Source: Desulfobacterales bacterium
GTDB lineage: Bacteria; Desulfobacterota; Desulfobacteria; Desulfobacterales; UBA5852
Assembly: GCA_963674755.2 (NCBI GenBank)
Contig: CAXXVS010000001.1
Location: forward strand, 1,184,001-1,248,000
Reading direction: 5' to 3'
Length of the DNA: 64,000 nucleotides
Positions 1-9,192 of this stretch are shown here, in pieces. The notes under the pieces are model-generated. The model did no database searches. It was not told where the DNA came from and saw only the letters and a list, made by a program, of their open reading frames with translations. How positions within the stretch are numbered: position 1 is the stretch's first letter; each line of letters begins with the position of its first letter. The position numbers and the translations under genes are program-made.

Positions 1-1
1 G

Positions 2-754
2 GCCACGGCCGAGGCCGTGGCCGAGCAGTATGCGGAAGTCGTGGTGGCCCCGGAATTCGAGGAGGGTACCCTGGCGATCCTGGGGCGCCGCAAGAATCTG
101 CGGGTGATCCGTATTCAGGCCATCGAGAGGCTGCAGCGTTTTGTGGGCGAACGGGTGGTGGATTTCAAGAGCCTGATCGACGGCGGCGTCATTGCCCAGT
201 GGTCTTTTGCCCCGATCACCCTAAAGTCTTCCGACCTCAAGCTGGCCGCTAGCGAATACCAGGGCAAGACGTACAAAATTGACCGCGCGCCCACCCCGGC
301 CGAGCTGGACGATCTGCTTTTCGGCTGGCTGGTGGAGTCCGGACTGACCTCCAACTCGGTAATCTACGTGAAGGAGCGCTGCACCGTAGGCATCGGCACC
401 GGCGAACAGGACCGCGTGGGCGTGGCCGAGATCGCCCGGGACAAGGCTTATCGCAAGCTGGCCGACCGTTACTGCTTCGAAGAACTGGGCATCGCCTATA
501 ACGAACTGGAGGACCAGGAGAAGAAAAAGGCCATCGATGCCCGGGTGCGGGAAGAGAAGGGCGGCCTGCCGGGCTCTTCGATGGTGAGCGATGCCTTCTT
601 CCCCTTCCGGGACGGTGTCATGGTGGGCATCCGGGAGGGGGTCAAAGCCGTGGTCCAGCCCGGTGGAGCTATGAACGACTGGAACGTGATCGAGGCCTGC
701 AATGAAGCGGGGGTGACGATGGTGTTTACCGGTCAACGGAGTTTCAAGCACTGA
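2..754 (+). CDS. purH: AICAR transformylase / IMP cyclohydrolase (PurH), 3' part; truncated by window edge
   Basis: Motifs 'EVVVAPEF', 'TSNSV..VK...TVGIGTGEQDRV', 'SDAFFPFRDG', 'VVQPGG' and terminal 'FTGQRSFKH' are characteristic of the PurH C-terminal domain. The frame is open from the window start. Confidence 0.9.
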   Translation, partial: ATAEAVAEQYAEVVVAPEFEEGTLAILGRRKNLRVIRIQAIERLQRFVGERVVDFKSLIDGGVIAQWSFAPITLKSSDLKLAASEYQGKTYKIDRAPTPAELDDLLFGWLVESGLTSNSVIYVKERCTVGIGTGEQDRVGVAEIARDKAYRKLADRYCFEELGIAYNELEDQEKKKAIDARVREEKGGLPGSSMVSDAFFPFRDGVMVGIREGVKAVVQPGGAMNDWNVIEACNEAGVTMVFTGQRSFKH

Positions 755-758
755 ATCG

Positions 759-890
759 GTACCGTCCCTAAGCGGCATCTTTTGGTCCCGGGCGGCGTTC
801 TCGCGATTTGCCGCTCTTCGACGGAGGTGATCCACGCCTGCGATCGCCAAATCGTTGCGGGGCCTTGCCCGGAACCATAACCTGTCACGT
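759..890. repeat. Degenerate copy of the short intergenic repeat/MITE found at 13032-13213
   Basis: 765-787 TCCCTAAGCGGCATCTTTTGGTC matches 13039-13061 at 21/23. 861-880 GGCCTTGCCCGGAACCATAA matches 13172-13191 at 18/20. The right terminal repeat is not recognisable. Confidence 0.65.
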
Positions 891-912
891 GATCTATTTC
901 CGCCACTCTGAA

Positions 913-1473
913 ATGCCGCGCAAACGAACTTCATCTTCCCCTTACGAGCCGCTCTTTTATCTGATCGCGGTCATGTGGCTGGTGGAAATCGTTAACTTCC
1001 TTCTGGGCCACCGGCTGTGTCGCTACGGCATCCTGCCTCGAACGGTGCCCGGCCTCGCGGGCATTCCCCTGAGTCCCTTTCTGCATGCCGGGGTAGCCCA
1101 CCTGCTGCTCAATACCGGACCGCTGATCGTGTTAGGGGGCCTGGTCTTGATGAGGGGGCGCCAGGCCTTTGCCCGATGCACGGTGTTCGTCACCCTGGTC
1201 GGCGGCGCGCTGCTCTGGATAGTCGGCCGCCCCTCCTTTCATGTGGGGGCCAGCCTGCTGATCTTCGGCTATTTCGGCTATCTCCTGGCCAGGGGCGTTT
1301 TCGATCGGCGTCTGCCGTCGCTTTTGATTGCCATACTGGTTGTACTGGCCTATGGAGGGCTTTTCTGGGGGATGTGGCCGACGGCGGCCGCCATCTCCTG
1401 GGAAGGCCACCTCAGCGGGTTTCTGGCGGGGATTTGGGCCGCCCGGTTTCCACGACGAAACCGGATCCCATAA
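913..1473 (+). CDS. Rhomboid-family intramembrane serine protease
   Basis: Hydrophobic protein with 'PFLH...HLLLN', catalytic 'GAS' and 'SWEGHLSGFLAG'. Start placed at ATG 913 because the longer ORF extension lies in a repeat element. Confidence 0.85.
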   Translation: MPRKRTSSSPYEPLFYLIAVMWLVEIVNFLLGHRLCRYGILPRTVPGLAGIPLSPFLHAGVAHLLLNTGPLIVLGGLVLMRGRQAFARCTVFVTLVGGALLWIVGRPSFHVGASLLIFGYFGYLLARGVFDRRLPSLLIAILVVLAYGGLFWGMWPTAAAISWEGHLSGFLAGIWAARFPRRNRIP

Positions 1474-1497
1474 AACAAAACACGACCACAAGGCGGG

Positions 1498-2601
1498 TCA
1501 GAAGCGTGGTTCATCTGATTTGTTGGCGTTGTGCTTCACGGGGGTAGCCGTCGGCGCGCACGACAGAACCCGGTCCGCTTCCCGGCGGGATAGTCCGATA
1601 TCTTCTTCCAGCATTTTGCGGATGACGCCCACATCCAGGATCGTTTTCTGAAATTCGATCTCCTGGCGCAGCGCCTCCTCCCGATCCATGTCGCCGCTGT
1701 TGATCATCTTGCAGTAACCGAAGGTTTCTTTGCCGCAGGTGAATATCTGGTAGAAAAAATAGTTCAGGAGGGGGGTCAGGTAACAGTCCGTGCGCCAGGT
1801 TGAAACACTGCCGGCCGGCTTCTCCCATCCGGTTTCTTCCTGGATCGTTTTTTTGATCAGATGGCGATCCCAGGGAATGTAGTAGAAGACATGGACCTCC
1901 TTGATCTGCTTGTCCTTCAACTTGGGGCGCCGCACGAACCACGGATTGCCGGGCACCTTGAACTCGCGCCGCTGTTTGAGAAACGCCCACTCATAGCGGT
2001 AGTAATCGAGATTGAAATGTTTGCGAAACGTATCTTTGCCCAATTTGAGCGTTTCCCGGGCCTGCCGTTCCATGGGGGTGGTCTGCTCCTGCTGGGAGTC
2101 GCCCCAGAAAATCAGCGGGGCTCTGTGCTCGATGGCGGCCCGGTAGACCGCGCTGTGCATGCCGTAGGCGCAGGCCGTGCAGATGCTGTATTTGCGCCTT
2201 AGATTGGAAGACTTGAGGCCGTAGCGGACAATCTCCCGTGCCAGATTGGTTCGGGAGCGGACCGAAACAAAATCCGCCTCCAGGCGCTGGCAGGCGTTCT
2301 GCATATTTTTCAGGGCTTGCGGATTCTGGAATTCGTTGTTGTAGTTCACCGCCAGGACCTTCAGGTCATACACCTTGCGCGCCAGGTACAGGACATAGGC
2401 GCTGTCCCGCCCGCCGCTGAGGGGCACGATGCAGTCGTAGGGATGGCCCTTGCCCCTCGCCGCGGCCACGATGGCATCAAGTTTCTCCTTGCCGAGATAA
2501 CGTTCCTTTTTAAATTCCCGGCAGTAGCTGCAAAGGCCGTTGTCGTCAAACATGATACCGGGGACGGTATCGGTCATGATACACTGGGTACATCGTTGCA
2601 T
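1498..2601 (-). CDS. N-acetyl sugar amidotransferase (WbpG/PseA-like PP-loop ATPase)
   Basis: N-terminal 'CTQC...CSYC', 'YDCIVPLSGGRDS' PP-loop, internal 'CTAC', and C-terminal 'INSGDMDREEAL'. Confidence 0.75.
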   Translation of the reverse strand: MQRCTQCIMTDTVPGIMFDDNGLCSYCREFKKERYLGKEKLDAIVAAARGKGHPYDCIVPLSGGRDSAYVLYLARKVYDLKVLAVNYNNEFQNPQALKNMQNACQRLEADFVSVRSRTNLAREIVRYGLKSSNLRRKYSICTACAYGMHSAVYRAAIEHRAPLIFWGDSQQEQTTPMERQARETLKLGKDTFRKHFNLDYYRYEWAFLKQRREFKVPGNPWFVRRPKLKDKQIKEVHVFYYIPWDRHLIKKTIQEETGWEKPAGSVSTWRTDCYLTPLLNYFFYQIFTCGKETFGYCKMINSGDMDREEALRQEIEFQKTILDVGVIRKMLEEDIGLSRREADRVLSCAPTATPVKHNANKSDEPRF

Positions 2602-2614
2602 TCGGGTCTACTCC

Positions 2615-3394
2615 TTAACGCTCTTCCCATTGGGGATTGCGCCGTTCGAAAAAGGCCCGCACACCCTCGTGGGCATCGTGGGTGGTGCACAGACGGGCAA
2701 AGGCTTCGTTCATGAGTTCGAACTGCTTGCGGTAGTCCATGTCTTCCGAGGCATAGAAGGCGGTCTTGGCAATCTGGAGAGCAAGCGGGCTTTTCTGGGC
2801 CAGTGTTGCGGCCCATGCCTGGGCCTCCTGTTCCAGATCCTCCTTGGGCACCACCCGGTTGATCAGTCCCATGGCCTGGGCCTCCGGGGCTTTGATGAGA
2901 TCGCCGCCCAAGAGCAGTTCCAGGGCTTTTTTACGGCCCACGATGCGGGCCACCGGTATCACCGGACCGACGCAGTTCAGACCTACGTTGATGGCCGTCA
3001 ACCCCATCTTGGCATTGTTGGCGGCGATGGCCAGATCGGCGGCGGCCACCAACCCCATCCCATTCGCGGCAGCCACGCCCTGCAGTTGGGCGATCACGGG
3101 CTTCTTCATTTGTGAAATGGTCACCAGCGGGCGTTCCATGTGTTCGATCCAGGCCCGGTATTCCATGGCGGTTTGGCCTTCCAGTTCGTTCACGTCGATG
3201 CCGGCGCAGAAGGCCTTGCCGGCCCCTTTGAGAAGCACCACGCGCACTTGCGGGTCGCTGTCCAAGGCGAGCAAGGCCTGGTAGAGTTCTTCCGCCAACG
3301 GGGTGGTGAACGTATTGAGTTGCTCCGGTCGATTCAAGGTAATGTGACCGACAAATCGATCGTCGATTTCGGTCAGAATGTGCTCGTAAGACAT
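2615..3394 (-). CDS. Enoyl-CoA hydratase/isomerase (crotonase superfamily, ECHDC3-like)
   Basis: 'ITLNRPEQLN', 'AFCAGIDV', 'KPVIAQLQGVA', 'EGVRAFFERRNP'. RBS AGGAGG upstream. Confidence 0.9.
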   Translation of the reverse strand: MSYEHILTEIDDRFVGHITLNRPEQLNTFTTPLAEELYQALLALDSDPQVRVVLLKGAGKAFCAGIDVNELEGQTAMEYRAWIEHMERPLVTISQMKKPVIAQLQGVAAANGMGLVAAADLAIAANNAKMGLTAINVGLNCVGPVIPVARIVGRKKALELLLGGDLIKAPEAQAMGLINRVVPKEDLEQEAQAWAATLAQKSPLALQIAKTAFYASEDMDYRKQFELMNEAFARLCTTHDAHEGVRAFFERRNPQWEER

Positions 3395-3520
3395 GACCTT
3401 CCCTCCTGAAAATGGTGACGGGTGGATTTTGGCTTGCCTTTCGTCTCATATCCGCACGATCAAAACGCGTGATTGCTTTTCCCGTATCACTAAATGGATG
3501 GGGAATACAACCGAGGCTTG

Positions 3521-3550
3521 TTGACAGCCCTTTGAACAAAGCAGTACAAA
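3521..3550 (+). promoter_or_regulatory. Candidate sigma70 promoter for the 3633 ORF
   Basis: TTGACA (3521-3526), 18-nt spacer, TACAAA (3545-3550). Confidence 0.35.
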
Positions 3551-3632
3551 ATAAGGACCATCACGCCGGATGCAAATGGGCCGCCTGACCGGAAGCTCTT
3601 AATCTTATGACACCTGGAAAAACGGAGAAACG

Positions 3633-5039
3633 ATGATGATTTTTCTGAGGACCGGTGTAATTCTTCTGTTTGCCTTGATACTGGCGGCGCTGCCGGTAGC
3701 TCTCTATGCCGATGGCATGCCGACTCTGAGCCATGATCATCGGGAGACCAATGATGGCCAGGAGAACGATAATCCGCCACCGACGAACCCCAAAGAGATG
3801 ACGGTAGCGCCGGCTCTGAAAGGGAAACAGGTCAAGCCCGCCGTTCCGGCCAACGTCAACAAGGTCGGGCGGATGGTGCCGGCTGTCGCGGTCAACCTTG
3901 CTATCGATTTGACGACCCATAAGACCAATGGCGTCTGGCGCTGGAATGCGATGTTGCAGAACTTAGGTCCGCAACCGCTGCCGATCAATCGCTTACAGCT
4001 AAAGGTCGTTCAGGTTGTGTCGTTGCCTAATCAAACCGTGCCGGCCGGTTCCGTCTACATGCTGCCGCCCCTCAGCCCGCAGCAGAAAAGGGGCTTTTCC
4101 AGCGCCTGGAATCGCAATCCGAACGCCCGCCAGCTCAGGCTGGAGGTCTGGGACCAGCGCGCCAACGCCAGGGTTTACGAGCAGAGCATGGCGTTGACGA
4201 CAACGGCCGGTCAAATGGCCGCCCCCCTTTCGCCGGGGCTGCAGAAGGCGGTAACAATACCGGGTATAAGGGAGCCCAGTCGCATTGCGATCACAAGCGG
4301 CTTTTATCTCGGGCGTGGCGCATGGCGGTTGGAACTTGCCAACCCCGGTATTCAGACCGTCCCCGTCGGCGATTATACCTACTCTTGGGCCTACAAGTTT
4401 TCCACGGGCAACGATCGTCCATGCAATCACTCCAAGGACATCACTTTCGCCGTCCCTGGGAACCAGAATCGGATACTTCTGGAGGTCGGCGATCTCTATG
4501 GAGCGGCTGAGTGTGACTGCGCCGGGTTGGATGGCGTCGAGGTGACGTTGCAGGAGAAGGCCACCGGCCGGGAAGAGGTGTATAACATCAATGTGGCCAT
4601 CCCGAACGTTGCAATTGAAGAATTCTACATCCGGATCGGGCAGAGCCCCAATCAATTCAATCAGGCAAAGGTTCTGACCACGCTGGTCAACCAATCCTAT
4701 TACAATCTCATGCTGGCCTATACCCTGGAAGTGACGATGAAGAAGAGAACGGAACAGGGTATCATTAGGGAGAGCCTTACCCGAACCGGCACCATCATGC
4801 TCCCGGCCCGGCAAAGCAACGAAGACGCCATTCTTGTGAATGATCTTCGAGCGGAGCTGCCGCATCTGGAAATAGGCGATGAAATCGCTTATGATTCTCA
4901 AAGCGATTTCAGTGACGACGATTTGTTGCTGAATCGTCCTTATTTTCTCGGTGCATTGACCATCGCCATGCCGGCCAGTGCCAAATGCGGACCGGGGAGG
5001 CCGTTGGCGTTTCAACAGAAAGCGCTTTGTATCTGGTAG
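3633..5039 (+). CDS. Hypothetical secreted protein, probably tandem beta-sandwich (Ig/CARDB-like) domains
   Basis: N-terminal signal-peptide-like segment (basic, hydrophobic, ALYA|D), Pro-rich linker and beta-rich segments. GGAG RBS. No family recognised. Confidence 0.6.
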   Translation: MMIFLRTGVILLFALILAALPVALYADGMPTLSHDHRETNDGQENDNPPPTNPKEMTVAPALKGKQVKPAVPANVNKVGRMVPAVAVNLAIDLTTHKTNGVWRWNAMLQNLGPQPLPINRLQLKVVQVVSLPNQTVPAGSVYMLPPLSPQQKRGFSSAWNRNPNARQLRLEVWDQRANARVYEQSMALTTTAGQMAAPLSPGLQKAVTIPGIREPSRIAITSGFYLGRGAWRLELANPGIQTVPVGDYTYSWAYKFSTGNDRPCNHSKDITFAVPGNQNRILLEVGDLYGAAECDCAGLDGVEVTLQEKATGREEVYNINVAIPNVAIEEFYIRIGQSPNQFNQAKVLTTLVNQSYYNLMLAYTLEVTMKKRTEQGIIRESLTRTGTIMLPARQSNEDAILVNDLRAELPHLEIGDEIAYDSQSDFSDDDLLLNRPYFLGALTIAMPASAKCGPGRPLAFQQKALCIW

Positions 5040-5111
5040 GGGGTTGTTTTTCGATAGGTAACAACTTCATTTTTTTTCTGGAAAATCAGCCTTTGCGAAC
5101 GGAGGAATACC

Positions 5112-5618
5112 GTGAAAGAAAACACGCGCGCGAATGTCTACAAAGCCTTCATCGGTGAGGCCAAAGCCTATTTCAGGCTGCTGGCCTATGCCGAAAGGGC
5201 GGACGAGGAAGACGTACCCCAGGTGGCCTTGTTGTTTCGGGCCATCGCCGAAGCGGAACGGGTGCATGCCACGCGCCAGCTGAACCTCGTGAAGGATCTG
5301 CTTGTCAAAGACACCGACACCAATCTGGAGAAGTCTTTTCAGCGCGAGAAGTCCGTCAGCGAGAATGAATATCCCGCTTTTATCAAAACCGCCGAGGAAG
5401 AGGGCGAGACTGCGGCGGCTCTGGCCTTCAGTCATGCCCGGGATGCCGAAGGCTACCATGCCAAGCTCTATGAACGGGCAATTTTAAACGTGATCAAGGA
5501 CAAGGTGGGCGCCTATCACATTTGCCAGGTATGCGGCTATGTGACGGACAAGAAAATCCCCAAGGTCTGCCCGGTTTGCGGTGCACCGCCAGAGAAATTC
5601 AAGACCGTCGAGGCCTGA
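5112..5618 (+). CDS. Rubrerythrin family protein
   Basis: Diiron motifs 'GEAKA', 'AEAERVHA', 'AEGYH' plus rubredoxin-like 'CQVC...CPVC'. GTG start with GGAGG RBS. Confidence 0.9.
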   Translation: MKENTRANVYKAFIGEAKAYFRLLAYAERADEEDVPQVALLFRAIAEAERVHATRQLNLVKDLLVKDTDTNLEKSFQREKSVSENEYPAFIKTAEEEGETAAALAFSHARDAEGYHAKLYERAILNVIKDKVGAYHICQVCGYVTDKKIPKVCPVCGAPPEKFKTVEA

Positions 5619-5697
5619 GGCCTACCCGTGTCCAACCATCGATGACATCTTCCGTCCCCGGCCGGAACTTCAATTGACCACCTCCGGACGGATACGG

Positions 5698-6732
5698 TTA
5701 ATCCAGTACCCGGGCCAGGGCGGTCAGGGCGCGTTCGATATCGGCTTCCGTAATGCCGTAATGGGTAACGGCCCGGAACTGCCGGGGTCCGGTGGCCCCC
5801 ACGCGAATGCCTTCTTCTGCCAGACGCGCAACGGTTTCCGCGGCGGAGGGCCCGGCCGGATCCAGATCGACATAGACGATATTGGTCCGGACCCGCTCCG
5901 GATCCACCTGCGCCAGACCCATGGCGCTCACGCCTTCGGCCAAACGTCGGGCGTTGCGATGATCTTCCGCCAGGCGACCAATCATCTCCTGTAGCGCGAC
6001 GATGCCGGCCGCCGCGATGACCCCTGCCTGGCGCATACCGCCCCCCAGCAGTTTGCGGTTGCGGCGGGCCGCACGGATAAACGCCCCCCGGCCGCAGATC
6101 AGGGAACCCACCGGGGCGGACAATCCCTTGCTCAAGCAGAAGGAAAGGGAATCCACGGGCGCGGCGAGGGCTGTCGGCGGCACGTCCAGCGCCACGGCCG
6201 CATTGAAGATGCGGGCGCCGTCCATGTGGACCCCCAGACCGTGTTCGGTCGCCACATCGGCCACAGCTTGCAGGTAGTCCGGTGGCAAGGGACTGCCGCT
6301 GCAGCGATTGTGGGTGTTTTCGACGGCGATCAGGCGGGTGCGGGGAAAATGGGGATCATCCCCCCGGATGGCCGCTTTTACGGCATCAAGATCAAAGCTT
6401 CCGTCCGGCCGATTGGCAACCGTGCGGGGATGGATGCCGCCCACGGCGGCACTGCCCCCCTGCTCGTAGAAGAAGATGTGGGCCTGGTCCCCCAATATGA
6501 CCTCATCGCCGCGGCCGCAATGGGTCAGCAGGCTGATCAGGTTGGCCATCGTCCCGCTGGGCACGAGCAGGGCCGCCTCCTTGCCGGTTGTTTCCGCGGC
6601 CAGGGACTCCAGGCGGCGGACGGTGGGGTCCTCCCCATAGACATCGTCGCCCAGTTCGGCGCTTGCCATGGCCCGCCGCATGGCGTCGGTGGGCAGGGTG
6701 ACCGTATCCGATCGTAAATCGATAGCGTTCAT
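5698..6732 (-). CDS. ltaE: Low-specificity L-threonine aldolase
   Basis: 'DLRSDTVT', 'GDDVYGEDPTV', 'SGTMAN', 'HMDGARIFNA', PLP lysine in 'CLSKGL', 'GGGMRQAG'. Confidence 0.93.
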   Translation of the reverse strand: MNAIDLRSDTVTLPTDAMRRAMASAELGDDVYGEDPTVRRLESLAAETTGKEAALLVPSGTMANLISLLTHCGRGDEVILGDQAHIFFYEQGGSAAVGGIHPRTVANRPDGSFDLDAVKAAIRGDDPHFPRTRLIAVENTHNRCSGSPLPPDYLQAVADVATEHGLGVHMDGARIFNAAVALDVPPTALAAPVDSLSFCLSKGLSAPVGSLICGRGAFIRAARRNRKLLGGGMRQAGVIAAAGIVALQEMIGRLAEDHRNARRLAEGVSAMGLAQVDPERVRTNIVYVDLDPAGPSAAETVARLAEEGIRVGATGPRQFRAVTHYGITEADIERALTALARVLD

Positions 6733-7060
6733 TTTGATACCTTTCTGTAGCGGCTAGCGAAGCCGCCCCTTCGTTCGGCGACGCTTGGCATAAACATCGC
6801 GTTCCCTTTGGCCAACGGCGCGGCGGCGTGGGGAATTCTTAACGTTTTGGGGAGAAGCAAACCGGCCTCTGCAGGGTGCGAAAGGTCCCGGCCCGATGCG
6901 CCACCCAAAATCGCCGGTGGGTTATGGTTATCCGATTTCCGGAAGGCGATCAAGGCGGTAGCCGACAATTAGCCCTTGCAAATCAACCCGTTTTTCAACA
7001 AGATAGCTTTCTATATTAAAGACCGGGCGCTTTGCCGGTAAAACTGACGAGGAAACGGGC

Positions 7061-7471
7061 ATGCCGTCGACCTTTCATGTGGTGCCGATCGGGACGATCC
7101 ACAAAACCGATGCGAAAACCTGGATTGACATCGAGTCCGCCTACCTGCCGGCCATGGACGGGTTGGAAGGTTTTTCCCATATCAATGTTTTTTTCTGGTT
7201 CCATGAGAATGATCATCCGGACGGGCGCCGGGTTCTCAAGGTGCATCCGCGCAAAGATAACGCCAACCCATTGACGGGTGTTTTCGCCACCCATTCCCCC
7301 CTGCGTCCCAACCTGATCGGCATGACCCTGTGCCGGATCCTGGCGGTCGCGCCGCCCACGATCATTATCGATACGATCGATGCCATCGACGGCACGCCTG
7401 TGCTGGATATCAAATGCTATATCCCCAGTTCCCGCACCTTTGAAAATCTTCGCCTGCCCGATTGGGTCTGA
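7061..7471 (+). CDS. TrmO/TsaA-like SAM-binding methyltransferase (short, single-domain form)
   Basis: 'PIGTIH', 'GLEGFSHI', 'GVFATHSPLRPNLIG', 'IDAIDGTPVLDIKCY'. Confidence 0.85.
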   Translation: MPSTFHVVPIGTIHKTDAKTWIDIESAYLPAMDGLEGFSHINVFFWFHENDHPDGRRVLKVHPRKDNANPLTGVFATHSPLRPNLIGMTLCRILAVAPPTIIIDTIDAIDGTPVLDIKCYIPSSRTFENLRLPDWV

Positions 7472-7488
7472 ACTACGCCGGCGCCAAG

Positions 7489-7930
7489 ATTGACCTGACG
7501 GGACAATTCGCGCAGGTGACGTATTTTAACAGGTCTCCGGGTTTACGGTGGCGCGCCTGCGGATCGACGAACGCCGGGCACCGGTCACGGCGGTGGGGCC
7601 TCTGCTGGATCCCCGTCCCGGTGAAATGCTTGCCATGACCGGGGAGAGGGCGATTCGTCCCACCTTCGGGGAGCAGTTCAGGGTCAGCGAATTCAAGCGG
7701 CATGTTCCCCCGACGGTGCATCGTATCCTCAAATACCGGGGGTCGGGGCTGATCCGGGGGAATCGGACCTTTCGGCGGCACGATAAGGTCATGCAGATTC
7801 GCAACAACTATGATATGGACGTGTTCAACGGGGATCTCGGCCGCATTGCCGCACGTCCTGCTGGAGCGTAATCTGATCCACACCGTCCTTACCCGGGGGG
7901 GGCGGTTGGGCGGTCCTGGTGGGTACGCAA
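7489..7930 (+). pseudogene. recD2: Internally deleted, frameshifted relic of a RecD2-like helicase
   Basis: N-terminal 'LTGQ..VTYFN / SGFTVARL...VTAVG...GEQF...KY.GSGLIRG' runs directly into 'DKVMQIRNNYD.DVFNGDLGRI'. A third piece, 'LLERNLIHTVLTRG', follows in another frame. Confidence 0.8.
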
Positions 7931-8004
7931 TGACCAGCGGACAAGGTATTCCGGCCTGTACCGACGGTGGACAGCTTAAGGCAAAAGTAAAAGTAGAGGT
8001 TTTT

Positions 8005-8640
8005 ATGGGGGAAACCGTTCAGCTTGGCGAAAGTATCGCGATCGAAGTTGGCACCGGGCTTCGGGTGCAGGTGGAAGGCATCGATTTTACGTTTACCGCC
8101 CGCTTTCTCGGAAGGTTTGATACCAACGACGTTTTGATCAGCCTTGATCCGCGCATGGAACACTTCGAAGCGCGCCTCGATCCGGGTGTCGTCTTTTCCG
8201 CCGACTTCCTGGCGGATGATGTCTATTACCAATTCCGGGCGCGTTTTGAGCGGCTGATCACCGATCCCATCCATGCCGTGGTCCTGAACACCCCCGAAGA
8301 AGTGCTCAATATCGAACAGCGTATGCTGACACGCAACCCCTGCACCGTGCCGGTGAAGGTGGATATCCGCAAGACGTTGGAAGGCACCATCAGCGATATC
8401 AGTCCCAGAGGGTGCCGCATCGCCATGCCGGTGGGCACTGGCATGCGAATGCCGCTGGTGGTGGGGGACCGGGTGCGGCTTCGACTCCGGGCTCCGGGAA
8501 GCCCCCATGGCTATATTGTCGAGGGTCAGATTCGCAATATCCTCAACAACGAATTGGAGACGGAAGCAGGGGTTCGGTTTGATAATCTGCCTGAAATATT
8601 GAGGAATTTTATCGAATCGTTAACCCGCGGACCTCATTGA
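8005..8640 (+). CDS. PilZ-domain (YcgR/flagellar-brake-like) c-di-GMP receptor
   Basis: N-terminal PilZN-like region, then RxxxR ('QRMLTR') and D/NxSxxG ('DISPRG'). GAGG RBS before ATG 8005. Confidence 0.8.
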   Translation: MGETVQLGESIAIEVGTGLRVQVEGIDFTFTARFLGRFDTNDVLISLDPRMEHFEARLDPGVVFSADFLADDVYYQFRARFERLITDPIHAVVLNTPEEVLNIEQRMLTRNPCTVPVKVDIRKTLEGTISDISPRGCRIAMPVGTGMRMPLVVGDRVRLRLRAPGSPHGYIVEGQIRNILNNELETEAGVRFDNLPEILRNFIESLTRGPH

Positions 8641-8721
8641 GCCGTTAGCCGCCAGGGGGGGACGGGGCTCAAAAATAAGTTCATCACCACGATGGTATCG
8701 CCTACGGCTGTTTTTATTGTT

Positions 8722-9192
8722 CTATTCGTTGAAAATCGAAAGGCGGTAAACCGGTCGACGTCTCAATCCCGGCAGCAGGGGCTGACGGCGCCGGAACCGG
8801 TCGACGGCAGGTTGCGTCGCAAAGTAGATCAAGTGAGTTTCACAGCGGCAGTCCGAGCTGCCGAAGCCTGGCGCAATAGCGCGGGTGCCTGCCATGCCCT
8901 GCAAGATTCCCGCCCAGCAGTGTTCATTGAAGATGGGGTCGTGACCGTACCAAATTTCCGCTATTCTCCCGAGAGGTCTTAAAAAATCCATATGCCAATG
9001 GGGATGGACGGCGATGCGTAAATGGTGCCGAAGTCTGGCCGGCAGCCCCCCCGGGCCGAGGGCGCTGCCGGCATACGCGTACCACCCGGCGGGGAACGCG
9101 AACCGGCCCAGCTTTCCGACCGTCAGTCGACCACCAGATTCAAGGTTGAAGATCAGAACATAAGTCCCCTTCTTTGTCTTAAGGCGATTCAG
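8722..9192 (-). CDS. GIY-YIG nuclease, DUF123 (Uri-superfamily) family; non-canonical start
   Basis: Extending the 8722..8991 ORF upstream in frame gives 'KGTYVLIFNL..VGKLGRFAFPAGWYAYAGSALGPGGLPARLRHH..HWHMDFL..EH..GFGSSDCRCETHL'. The only available start is CTG at 9192, overlapping the upstream TGA. Confidence 0.8.
   Translation of the reverse strand: MNRLKTKKGTYVLIFNLESGGRLTVGKLGRFAFPAGWYAYAGSALGPGGLPARLRHHLRIAVHPHWHMDFLRPLGRIAEIWYGHDPIFNEHCWAGILQGMAGTRAIAPGFGSSDCRCETHLIYFATQPAVDRFRRRQPLLPGLRRRPVYRLSIFNE

Noticed and set aside
6733..7060. Possible glycine riboswitch upstream of threonine aldolase
   Set aside because: The minus-strand leader lacks the GGAGA...CCGAAG...CTCTCAGG core.
7810..8004. 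N-terminal extension of the PilZ ORF
   Set aside because: Derived from the recD2 relic; the RBS-supported start is 8005.
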